Assembly: GCA_964512765.1 (NCBI GenBank)
Contig: CAZEKF010000001.1
Coordinates: forward strand, 66,366-130,365
Direction: 5' to 3'
Source: an uncultured Methanosarcinales archaeon
Lineage (GTDB): Archaea > Nanobdellota > Nanobdellia > Woesearchaeales > GW2011-AR15
Length of the DNA: 64,000 nt
Below the pieces are notes generated by a model that saw only the letters and a program-made list of their open reading frames with translations, made no database searches and had not been told where the DNA came from. Made by a program: the position numbers and the translations under genes. Shown here in pieces: positions 10,297 to 19,132 of this stretch (positions are counted from its first letter, which is position 1; each line of letters begins with the position of its first letter).

Positions 10297-11777
10297 TCTT
10301 TTTTATTCAATTGATATATTCTTATTTCATTGTCGAACAGTAAATCAAAGCAAGGATCATTAATAAAAAATAAATTTGAATTATATGAAACAATGAAATA
10401 GTCTGCGTGATACTTGTCTAATATTTTCAAAGCATGGGTTTTAAATCTTGTGTTATAAAATGTAGTTACATCATTAAACCTTTTGTCTGCATCTTCAATC
10501 AACAAATAATTCGAGTCTAATATGTTTTTTCTTTTGCCAAAATAAGTTATAAGATGTCCTTGTTCTGCAGATCCTAAAATAATACTTGAATTAGGCGTGT
10601 TCGCATTGAACCATTCGAAACTAGAAACATATTCCTCGTCAAAAGTTGGTGAATTAAACATTGCAATAAACCCAGGTAGGATTTGTGTTAAAACAATAAC
10701 TGTGACAATTAATATAAAAATTTGATTAGATTTACTGGCAATTTTTGATTTATTAAGTCTAATAAAAACATCTTTTAAGAACTGACCAAATAAGATAACA
10801 AGAGAAGATCCTAAAAACATTAAACCAAGTTCTAAAGAAACCAAACGTAACCATAATAAGATAAATGCAGAAAGAAATATGCTTATGAAAAGAAAAATGC
10901 TTTTGTTTTTTTTAAAGAAATAAACGTAAGCACTGTAAACTCCAAAAATCAGAGGTAAAAACCCAATGTTTGCTAACAACGTCAGGATGTCCAAGTTAAC
11001 AAAATGGTTTTTTATAACTTCTTGTGGCGCGTTCTGGTATATTATTGAGAAACCATGAGCTTGGAACGCGGTCTTGTATATTATAAAACTTGCCCATAAA
11101 AAGAACAATAAAAAAAATGCAGTGAATTCAAGTTCAATTTTTGGTAAGACTCTATTTTCAACCTGGCTTAACAAAATAAACAATAAAATCCCAAGTATTA
11201 ACAAAAAAGATGAAGAAGAGGTTAGGATGAGTACGAGAATTAACGGTATCAAGTAATTAATTTTTGACACGTCATTTTCTAGATTAAGAAAAAAATACAA
11301 AAAGAAAAAACTTCCTGGGAAAAGTATTGAATATGAGCTTATATTATTCAACGTTGCGTTTATATATATGGGTAGAGTAGCAGCAATTACAGAACACAAT
11401 ATTGAGATTCGGCGGTTTTTCAGTATTTTTGAACAAACCATGTAAACGCCAAGGATTAAAGTGGATGCTAACAAATTATTTATAACTTTTATAATAATAA
11501 TTTTTGGAAAAAACAGAGTGAAAAAAGCTAGAAGATAATAATAAAACGGCATTAAAACAAAAGTTCTACCACCGTAACTAAGATCATCATGTATGATAGG
11601 TTTTCCAGTTTCCCAAATATGATCAATTTGTCTTAAAGCAAAATACGACTCATCGTTGCCAAACTGTTCAGTTCCGAGAGAAAAATACAGTCTTATTGAG
11701 AAGTATAATATGAATAAAACAGCAAGGATTATGTGTCTTGACTTAATTGAATCTTTTATTTCTTTAACTGAAACCAT
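10287..11777 (-). CDS. Polytopic membrane protein, GT-C-like glycosyltransferase candidate
   Basis: 496 aa with the same architecture: a TM bundle plus a C-terminal globular domain. Confidence 0.4.
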   Translation of the reverse strand: MVSVKEIKDSIKSRHIILAVLFILYFSIRLYFSLGTEQFGNDESYFALRQIDHIWETGKPIIHDDLSYGGRTFVLMPFYYYLLAFFTLFFPKIIIIKVINNLLASTLILGVYMVCSKILKNRRISILCSVIAATLPIYINATLNNISSYSILFPGSFFFLYFFLNLENDVSKINYLIPLILVLILTSSSSFLLILGILLFILLSQVENRVLPKIELEFTAFFLLFFLWASFIIYKTAFQAHGFSIIYQNAPQEVIKNHFVNLDILTLLANIGFLPLIFGVYSAYVYFFKKNKSIFLFISIFLSAFILLWLRLVSLELGLMFLGSSLVILFGQFLKDVFIRLNKSKIASKSNQIFILIVTVIVLTQILPGFIAMFNSPTFDEEYVSSFEWFNANTPNSSIILGSAEQGHLITYFGKRKNILDSNYLLIEDADKRFNDVTTFYNTRFKTHALKILDKYHADYFIVSYNSNLFFINDPCFDLLFDNEIRIYQLNKKECQ

Positions 11778-12076
11778 GAAACTCCGCCAATTATTATTGT
11801 TGTTAAAACAAAAACAAATTTATTTAATGGAACATGTAAAAACACATCTAATATCACGTAAACAAAACCATAACTTAGCCCGATTAAATTTGTCAATAAA
11901 AATTTCTCAAGAAACCCAGTTTTAATTTTGATTACTAACGGTAAAAAAGGCATGTAAAAAAAGAATAAATAACTGAACATGAGCAAGAAACTTTCCCAAA
12001 GATTTTTCAAAGGAAGAGTAATAACAAAAGTAGTTATTGCTCCAACCAACATTAATTTGTTTAACTCAGTTTTCAT
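11756..12076 (-). CDS. Small membrane protein, function unknown
   Basis: 106 aa, 3 TM helices. Sits between GT-C-like genes with overlaps that suggest co-transcription. Confidence 0.25.
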   Translation of the reverse strand: MKTELNKLMLVGAITTFVITLPLKNLWESFLLMFSYLFFFYMPFLPLVIKIKTGFLEKFLLTNLIGLSYGFVYVILDVFLHVPLNKFVFVLTTIIIGGVSWFQLKK

Positions 12077-13712
12077 TTTTTATAATAATATAACCTTCTT
12101 TATCATAGACTAATTTGAAATTGTAATTTGTAATATAGCTGTTAGCGAACAAATAATTTACTTGAGTAATTTCCTGAGCGATGTTTTGGAACATAATGTA
12201 ATCAAAATCTAATATACTAAGTTCATTATCTGGTTCGCCATATTCTTTATAGTTCCACCATGATTTTTCATACCTTCTAGTTGCTCTTAATGTGTTGCCT
12301 GCCCAGTCACCGTTAAATTCTAACGGAGTTTGATTAGTCTGGATGTATTGATTGTACAATCTTTGCATTTCTTGCATTGTGATTATGGCAGTGATCCTTT
12401 TAGAGTACATGAACTCTGACTGAAACACACTACCGAAAAATAGCACTTTTTCTGATTTATCAGCGTTATCGTGTATCCAGTTATAAGCTATCCATTCTTG
12501 ATTGGATATATGTTCACCCTGCATTTGTTTGGTTAGAGAAATATGCTGTGGAAGAGCAATTAAAATAACTGCAAGGAACAAGATTAATGTTGGGACAAGA
12601 TTATTTTTTAGTTTTCTTAAAATAAAATAATAAACAGCGTATGCTATAGTTGGATAGAGAATAAAAGGAGTTAATGCCCTGACTCTACTAAAATAATGCG
12701 GTTCCTGAACAATTATTTGTAACAAATATGTTACCAAGAAAAAATATATTGTAGTTATTATCCAAATTCTATATTTTTTATTGTTAATTATTAATTGAAC
12801 AAGCCCAATTACGAAGATTACAAGGAGAATCATAGGAATAAAGAACAAATCTGGAAATACGATCCCACCCATATATTCTCTGGTGAACCATAGATTTCTT
12901 AAACCAAAAAAACCAAAACTATATTGAGAACCGCCTTGAGCTCCCCATAAGAATAAAAATCTTGGTAGTAATGTTATAATTCCTAGTAACGGTATTAGAC
13001 CAATCATTAAAGATTCTTTAATTAATTTTTTTATGTCTTTGAGGTTTTTTGTGATTATCTTGTAACCAACAATAACACAAGGTATGAATAATATTCCAAG
13101 ATCTTGTGGATGTAATAAAAGAATTGAGGACAAACACAAACTCATGAAAACCAAAGTCCAAGATTCTTGTTTTTTCATGTATTTAATAAAAAGCCAAAGG
13201 AAGGTTAATAAAAATAAGTAACCAGCAACCTGGATCCAGATTCCGATGTATAAAGTGTATAACCAGACATTGACAGGCATTGGCAAAATACTTAATGATC
13301 CGGCTAGAATAGCAATTTTTTCATTTTCAAATACTTCTTTTGTGATTAAATATACAAGAATCACGAAAAATGCTTGTGATATGCAAATCAGGAAATAAAA
13401 CGTTGCCCAGGCAGGCACTCCTGAAAATAAAGTTAAAATTGCACTGTTTATGTAATATAATGGTGGTTGAGAATTGAGAGCTTTTTCCTGGCCCATTGAT
13501 ATGTAAGAATCAAAATAATTCCAGTGTTCAGTGTCAACAATACCTTCAACCATTAAAGCATGGTAAAACGCGTCCGCTGCCTTTAAATTACCAGGATGTG
13601 TTAATGGAAGTTTATCAATGTTCAAATAAAAAACCATGGCTAAAGCAAAGAACATTAAAACAATATATTCTAATTTGAATTTTTTACTTAACATCACTTG
13701 AAATAAAACCAA
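12066..13712 (-). CDS. Polytopic membrane protein, GT-C-like glycosyltransferase candidate
   Basis: 548 aa: a TM bundle plus a C-terminal soluble domain. Third paralogous architecture in a row. Confidence 0.4.
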   Translation of the reverse strand: MVLFQVMLSKKFKLEYIVLMFFALAMVFYLNIDKLPLTHPGNLKAADAFYHALMVEGIVDTEHWNYFDSYISMGQEKALNSQPPLYYINSAILTLFSGVPAWATFYFLICISQAFFVILVYLITKEVFENEKIAILAGSLSILPMPVNVWLYTLYIGIWIQVAGYLFLLTFLWLFIKYMKKQESWTLVFMSLCLSSILLLHPQDLGILFIPCVIVGYKIITKNLKDIKKLIKESLMIGLIPLLGIITLLPRFLFLWGAQGGSQYSFGFFGLRNLWFTREYMGGIVFPDLFFIPMILLVIFVIGLVQLIINNKKYRIWIITTIYFFLVTYLLQIIVQEPHYFSRVRALTPFILYPTIAYAVYYFILRKLKNNLVPTLILFLAVILIALPQHISLTKQMQGEHISNQEWIAYNWIHDNADKSEKVLFFGSVFQSEFMYSKRITAIITMQEMQRLYNQYIQTNQTPLEFNGDWAGNTLRATRRYEKSWWNYKEYGEPDNELSILDFDYIMFQNIAQEITQVNYLFANSYITNYNFKLVYDKEGYIIIKNEN

Positions 13713-13730
13713 TTACTATTATAAATCTTC

Positions 13731-14429
13731 TTAATATTTCCTCGTTAAATCATTTGCTTTTATCTTTAGAATGTCTAAAAACATTTTTATTGAATGTTTG
13801 ATTAAATGAACTTTACTTTCAGGATCATTATACCAATAAACACCAAGTTCTTTGATTTTCAAGTTATATTTTTTAGCTAAGTATAATAACTCAACATCAA
13901 AAATAAACCCTTCTATTAACTGCTTTTTAAAAATTTTCATGCAAGTTTTTTTATTGAATAGTTTAAACCCACATTGCGTATCTTTAATTCCTGGAAGCAC
14001 AAGTAATCTTACTACCAAGGGAAGAACATTACCTGCTATCACTCTTAATGTTGTTTGTTGAAGTTCTAAATGTGAGTCGTCTGCTTTTCTAGAACCAAAA
14101 ATAATATCGTATTTTTTGATATGTTTCATAAAATTATCAAGTTCTTCAATGGGTGTGCTTAAATCTGCATCACTGAATAAAACATAATCGCCTTTACTAT
14201 GCATGAAACCGTTTTTAACAGAATAACCTTTCCCTTTGTTACCTGGGTTTTTTACAATTCTTACATTGTATTTTTTTACAACGTCAATAGTGCTATCTTT
14301 TGATCCATCATCTACAATGATTATTTCATGTTTGAATTTCTTTTTTTTCAAATATTTAATTATAGTTTTCAGGGTTTTTTCAATACGTTTTTCTTCATTA
14401 TAACACGGTATTACAATAGATAGTTTCAT
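13731..14429 (-). CDS. Dolichyl-phosphate sugar synthase (GT2, DPM1/AglK-like)
   Basis: MKLSIVIPCYNEE, DDGSKDST, and DAD motifs. 232 aa, soluble GT2 of the Dol-P-Man/Glc synthase type. Confidence 0.75.
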   Translation of the reverse strand: MKLSIVIPCYNEEKRIEKTLKTIIKYLKKKKFKHEIIIVDDGSKDSTIDVVKKYNVRIVKNPGNKGKGYSVKNGFMHSKGDYVLFSDADLSTPIEELDNFMKHIKKYDIIFGSRKADDSHLELQQTTLRVIAGNVLPLVVRLLVLPGIKDTQCGFKLFNKKTCMKIFKKQLIEGFIFDVELLYLAKKYNLKIKELGVYWYNDPESKVHLIKHSIKMFLDILKIKANDLTRKY

Positions 14430-15445
14430 AGTTCCAGAACCAGTTTTTTTTCGTTTTCTTTGATGTCTTTTACGATTTTATGATCCTTTAATTTGTCTTT
14501 AATTTCTTTCCAACTCATTTTTTCACGAGCTCTTTTTAGATCTTCTAAGAGTTTGTTAACTATAACATATTTTTCATAAATTAATTCAGCTTTTTTCTGG
14601 TTTTCAGTAATGGATATTTGTAATCCTTTAATCTTATTTTCTTGTTGTTTTATGATACTTTCCAATTGTTTTCTTTTTTTATCAAATTTAGATTCTTTTT
14701 CTTGTTTTATTTTGGTTTTTGATTTCTCTGTGTGATGTTCATCAAGTTCTTTGTTTAATGTTTTTTTAACTTTTTTTAGTTTTTCAGTAGCTTTGAATAA
14801 GTTAGTAATTTCTTTTTTGTCCAATGTTTTTTTATTCTTATCAATCTTTGCCACTTCGCACAATTCTTCAGCGTATTTCCCTCCCAAACCAAGCTCTGTT
14901 GCTAGTGTAATAACTATAGATGCTTTTTCAGATTTTTTAATTAATTCATTTAACTCTGTTTCTTTTAGTTTCAAAAAATTATAATTTCTTTTTGGATATT
15001 CGTAAACAGCACCAGGCCTAATCATTCTTGAACCAAAACCTTTGTATGTTGTAGCCATTATGATTTTGTTTTTGTCGTCTGTTAGAATGATGTTTCCTGG
15101 TTTGAAAAGTTCTATGTATAAATTCATTACACGCTCTTTATTTTCCAAGGTTAACTGGATTATTCTTTCAAACTCTCTTTGTTCAATTTTTCTAATTCTT
15201 GAGTTTCTTAAATGTTTCCTAATATTTAACCCGAACTTACCAGAATCTTCAAATGTTTCTTTATAATTACTAACGTAAATCAAAGAAGGTAAAATAATTC
15301 TAAGATATTTCTTGCCTTTGCTAGGAACGTGCAACTGGAAAACGTATGTGTTATCTTTTTGAAACACTTTGTCAATTTTTCCATTGACTAATTCAAACTC
15401 TTTCAGCAAATAGTACAAATCCAGACTTGACAGTTCCTGATTCAT
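14426..15445 (-). CDS. NFACT-N domain protein (Rqc2/FbpA-family N-terminal module) with a K/E-rich coiled-coil tail
   Basis: N-terminus MNQELSSLDLYYLLKEFELVNGKIDKVFQ matches the NFACT-N signature. Only 339 aa, where full NFACT proteins are about 650 aa. Confidence 0.5.
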   Translation of the reverse strand: MNQELSSLDLYYLLKEFELVNGKIDKVFQKDNTYVFQLHVPSKGKKYLRIILPSLIYVSNYKETFEDSGKFGLNIRKHLRNSRIRKIEQREFERIIQLTLENKERVMNLYIELFKPGNIILTDDKNKIIMATTYKGFGSRMIRPGAVYEYPKRNYNFLKLKETELNELIKKSEKASIVITLATELGLGGKYAEELCEVAKIDKNKKTLDKKEITNLFKATEKLKKVKKTLNKELDEHHTEKSKTKIKQEKESKFDKKRKQLESIIKQQENKIKGLQISITENQKKAELIYEKYVIVNKLLEDLKRAREKMSWKEIKDKLKDHKIVKDIKENEKKLVLEL

Positions 15446-15480
15446 ATAATTAAGAGAATATTTAGTATATTAATACTTAA

Positions 15481-15837
15481 CTAAATAATGCCTTTCTGAA
15501 ATAAGAAATAAACAATTAATCCTGCTAAAACAAGTACACCTATCGAACTTATAATTATTAATTTTAATTTTTGTTCTTTAGAGTCTAACTGAGACCAAGT
15601 TTTATGATTTTTTTTCCATTTATCTTTATTAACTAAGCCAATTGCCATGAACGCAAGGCCCATAATAAAGAACGCATAGTTTTTCGTTGCCATGCCTAGG
15701 GGAATCCAAGTGATGCCCATTATAAAAAAAGTGTAATAATCAGGTTCTCTTTTTTTACCTGTTTTAGCTGCGTAAACTGCAACAACAGCCAATATAATGA
15801 CCAAAACACCAACAGTAATCAAAATCCACGGTATCAT
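15481..15837 (-). CDS. Membrane protein, function unknown
   Basis: 118 aa, 3-4 TM helices. Confidence 0.3.
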   Translation of the reverse strand: MIPWILITVGVLVIILAVVAVYAAKTGKKREPDYYTFFIMGITWIPLGMATKNYAFFIMGLAFMAIGLVNKDKWKKNHKTWSQLDSKEQKLKLIIISSIGVLVLAGLIVYFLFQKGII

Positions 15838-15945
15838 ATTTTACAGTAAGTTTTTATCTACTATTTAAATTATCTGGTATAAAATAATAAAAATTAGTTT
15901 ATAGCTCGCGCTATATATTACCAAAAATAATTAAAAGAAATTACT

Positions 15946-16137
15946 TTACATTGGTTTTACGTTTTTTGCTTGCGGTCCTCTTTCCCCTTCTTCAGGGTCG
16001 AATGTAACTTTTTGGCCTTCATCAAGAGAATCTACTCCGTCTAATGCTGTGCTATGGACAAAATAATCTTTTCCGTCCTCGCCTTCAACAAAGCCATATC
16101 CTTTCATTCGGTTGAACCACTTAACTGTTCCTTCCAT
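15946..16137 (-). CDS. csp: Cold-shock protein, CspA family (S1-like OB fold)
   Basis: [32 protein letters not shown] carries the RNP1 motif KGYGFV and the RNP2 motif VHST. 63 aa. Confidence 0.85.
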   Translation of the reverse strand: MEGTVKWFNRMKGYGFVEGEDGKDYFVHSTALDGVDSLDEGQKVTFDPEEGERGPQAKNVKPM

Positions 16138-16228
16138 TTAAATATACCTCAAGCTTTCGGATAAATTCTGTGTTTATAAAGCTATGTTTTAGAAAGATAT
16201 ATAATCTTGCTGTTCTCCTAATATTTAC

Positions 16229-16423
16229 ATGGGACAACAAGAAGTGTATGATTTTCTTAAAAAAAACAAAAATAAATGGTGGACATCTAAGCAGATTTCT
16301 GAGAAAATTGACGCTTCAATAGGTTCTGTCACGACTACATTGACTAAGTTAAGGAAAAGAAAAGATGTTAACTATAAAATGTCCAAGGAAAAAACTAACA
16401 TGTACTTATACCAGTTTAAATGA
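16229..16423 (+). CDS. Small winged-helix-like DNA-binding protein (putative)
   Basis: 64 aa, basic, with an HTH-like KQISEKIDASIGSVTTTLTKL segment. Divergent from csp. Confidence 0.3.
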   Translation: MGQQEVYDFLKKNKNKWWTSKQISEKIDASIGSVTTTLTKLRKRKDVNYKMSKEKTNMYLYQFK

Positions 16424-16434
16424 GGTGATTTACC

Positions 16435-16632
16435 TTGTGTTTTAAAAACATGAAGAAAAAAATTAAGAAATTAACTTGGTGCGATATTAAATTAATTAAA
16501 TTAAGCACAGCAGCTTTTGTTTTGATGGTAGCTAAACTATGGCCGCCTTTACTATCTTTAGATTGGTATTGGTATCTGGCAATTGCTTTACTGGCTATGA
16601 TAAAACCTTTAATGGTTGTGTGTAAGAAATAA
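16435..16632 (+). CDS. Small hypothetical membrane protein
   Basis: 65 aa, two hydrophobic segments. Weak call. Confidence 0.2.
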   Translation: MCFKNMKKKIKKLTWCDIKLIKLSTAAFVLMVAKLWPPLLSLDWYWYLAIALLAMIKPLMVVCKK

Positions 16633-16635
16633 ATT

Positions 16636-16980
16636 TTATTTACAACTGTAAGAAGTAGTTTTTTCTTTTACTATTTTTAATAATTTTACTATGTTTTTTT
16701 CATCAATCTCTTCTAATGATTTAAATTTTAAATGTCGCATATATTTTCCTTTGCCTTTTAACTGATCAGCGTATTGTTTTTCCAGTCCTTGAACAGAGAA
16801 TCCTAGATTAACACTATCTTTTAACCCTACAAGATAAAACTTGCCATCATACCAAGGAACTCCCATTTTCATTTCTTCTTTTATTTCAGGAAAAGTTTTT
16901 AGAATGATTTTTCTTAGCTTATTACAAAGTTGTTTTTGTAAGGGTTTTTGTTTTTCAATATAATTGTCTACATCAGTCAT
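16636..16980 (-). CDS. DUF1801 (YdhG/YdeI-like) domain protein
   Basis: 114 aa. Pattern VPWYDGKFYLVGLKDSVNLGF is typical of DUF1801. Confidence 0.4.
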   Translation of the reverse strand: MTDVDNYIEKQKPLQKQLCNKLRKIILKTFPEIKEEMKMGVPWYDGKFYLVGLKDSVNLGFSVQGLEKQYADQLKGKGKYMRHLKFKSLEEIDEKNIVKLLKIVKEKTTSYSCK

Positions 16981-17477
16981 TCTTTTTCAATCTCGTTAGC
17001 TATGTCTCTGAACGTGTCTGCAATATTTTTCTTAATATTTTTTGATTTTCTATGTTTTCTTTTTTTCTTTTTACCTAGTTTGCAGAATATTGAGATGTAA
17101 CCTCCTATGAATACAGCAACGAATACAATTGGATAAACAATAATAGATAATGGCCATAATAAACTGAATAACCGAGTCATTAACATTAAATCTATTACAC
17201 TGAAAATTCTAAATATGAATGTTACAAGTAGCATTGAAGCAGTTGAACTGAATATTGGTGCTCCAAGATTCAATGGAAATATTAATTCAAAAAATATTTC
17301 TGCAATCATGAATATTAAAGACATTATGATTAGTAACACAGCATTATCATTAAGAAAACTTACCCAGATTGAATAAACACGTAGGTTAACATGAACCAAA
17401 TTTAATACTCCAAGTATAATCAGAAAAATCATCAACCCAATGATTCTTGACAATAAGATTTTAGGTATTTTTTTCAT
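16977..17477 (-). CDS. Membrane protein with a basic C-terminal tail, function unknown
   Basis: 166 aa, 4 TM helices, followed by KKKKRKHRKSKNIKK. Confidence 0.3.
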   Translation of the reverse strand: MKKIPKILLSRIIGLMIFLIILGVLNLVHVNLRVYSIWVSFLNDNAVLLIIMSLIFMIAEIFFELIFPLNLGAPIFSSTASMLLVTFIFRIFSVIDLMLMTRLFSLLWPLSIIVYPIVFVAVFIGGYISIFCKLGKKKKRKHRKSKNIKKNIADTFRDIANEIEKE

Positions 17478-17516
17478 TTGATTTTATAATATAATTACTT
17501 ATGTTTTAATACTTTA

Positions 17517-18212
17517 TCATAACTTACCAGCATGAGCAAGCATAGTTTTTATTTCCTCTTTGAGATATTTGACTTCGTGTATATCATAATTTTCTGCTTT
17601 AAGATGCACAAGCATCATGCCTGCCACGTCCCAGCCATAAAACTTTTCAAGTATGTATCTGTATAAGCTTAATTGGAGCGTGTATTTAGAGAACTTACAA
17701 TCTTGTAATAACTCAAGAGGTGGTGGACAAGTTCTATTATTGTAACCATATTTTTCTATTCTTTTGTTTGTTTTCCAGTCTATAAGAAAAATACCCTCAT
17801 CTGTTCTAGACAACCCATCTATCATTCCTGCAATACCGATTGTTGAAGACCCTATTATTTTTTCAGCATCAAAGAATTCATGATTTTCATTTTCCATGAA
17901 TTTATCTATTGCTTTAAAATATGTTTTATGGTTTTTTGTTACTGGTTCAGGCGTCTTTGTTTTTTTAATAAGAGCTTCAGCGTAATTATGCACGTAATGC
18001 CCAAATTTACAAGAAGCATCAGCTTTATTTTTCCATAGTTCTAAAACTTCTTCAACTGTTAACCCGTCACGTTTTGCAACATGTTTACTCCATTTCTCTT
18101 TGTCAAACTTTTCAAAGAATTGAGATATGAATTCTGTTGCAGATTCTAGTTCACGACCTTCATGGATGTATTTATGACCTTTTTCAATGAATGTTATTAT
18201 TGGTTCTTGCAT
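17517..18212 (-). CDS. PD-(D/E)xK nuclease, RecB/YqaJ-like superfamily
   Basis: Motifs GHKYIH, GMIDGL (D), LIDWKTNK (ExK) and QLSLYRYIL (QxxxY). No Cys cluster, so it is not Cas4. Confidence 0.4.
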   Translation of the reverse strand: MQEPIITFIEKGHKYIHEGRELESATEFISQFFEKFDKEKWSKHVAKRDGLTVEEVLELWKNKADASCKFGHYVHNYAEALIKKTKTPEPVTKNHKTYFKAIDKFMENENHEFFDAEKIIGSSTIGIAGMIDGLSRTDEGIFLIDWKTNKRIEKYGYNNRTCPPPLELLQDCKFSKYTLQLSLYRYILEKFYGWDVAGMMLVHLKAENYDIHEVKYLKEEIKTMLAHAGKL

Positions 18213-18315
18213 ACTTTTTTGAAAAGAAGATTATTTTTAAGGATTGTGGAATGTCATTCTTTTTTGTACTGTTGATTCAAAACCCTTAAATACTTGTTTT
18301 TATCTGATTAACATT

Positions 18316-18465
18316 ATGGCACTCTGTCCGCACTGTAAAAAAGAATTAAAATTAAATACATTAGACAAAGAAACATTAGGTGTTGGTTTTTTTAAACAAG
18401 AGATAATGTATTCATGTCCTGTGTGCAAGAAAGTATTGGGATTCAGCAGAGGAAAGTATGGATAA
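18316..18465 (+). CDS. Small zinc-ribbon protein
   Basis: CPHCKK...CPVCKK forms a two-CxxC pair. Start placed at the internal ATG at 18316. Confidence 0.4.
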   Translation: MALCPHCKKELKLNTLDKETLGVGFFKQEIMYSCPVCKKVLGFSRGKYG

Positions 18466-19129
18466 AAAACTAATAATGCTCCAACCATTAAAACTTGTGA
18501 TATTCTTATTAATGTTATTCTGGGGAGCAGGCACATGGAATTATTGGCAAGGCTGGGTATTTTTTGGATATATGATTGTTATGATGATAGTTGTTTTGTT
18601 TTTGTTCAGAGATAAAATGGATCTTGCTAGGGAAAGATTGCATCCTGGTAAAGGCATGAAATCATGGGACAAAGTAATAGCAGTTGTTGGAATAATATTG
18701 TTTTCAGCTGTGTTTATTATTTCAATACTTGATTCTGGCAGATATCATTGGACAAAACCATTATCAGCTTATTTTTATGCAATAACTTACATAGTTTTCA
18801 CAATAGGCAATATACTCATTTTGTGGGCAATGTATACTTGTAAATGGTTTTCAAGCGTTGTAAGAATACAAAAAGACAGAAAACAAAAAGTTTGCAAGCA
18901 AGGACCGTATAAGATAGTAAGACACCCTGGATACTCTGGCAGTTTTTTCATGTTTCTCACATTGCCTTTAGTGTTTGGGTCGTTGTATGCTTTGATACCT
19001 GCAGTGTTTGTTGTTCCAGTTTTAATAATAAGAACATATCTTGAAGATAAATCATTGCAAAAAGAACTAAAAGGTTACAAACAATACACTAAAGAAACCA
19101 AATATAGATTATTTCCAGGTGTTTGGTAA
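18458..19129 (+). CDS. Isoprenylcysteine carboxyl / phospholipid methyltransferase family membrane protein
   Basis: QGPYKIVRHPGYSGSFF is the ICMT/PEMT signature. 5-6 TM helices. Confidence 0.7.
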   Translation: MDKKLIMLQPLKLVIFLLMLFWGAGTWNYWQGWVFFGYMIVMMIVVLFLFRDKMDLARERLHPGKGMKSWDKVIAVVGIILFSAVFIISILDSGRYHWTKPLSAYFYAITYIVFTIGNILILWAMYTCKWFSSVVRIQKDRKQKVCKQGPYKIVRHPGYSGSFFMFLTLPLVFGSLYALIPAVFVVPVLIIRTYLEDKSLQKELKGYKQYTKETKYRLFPGVW

Positions 19130-19132
19130 TTT

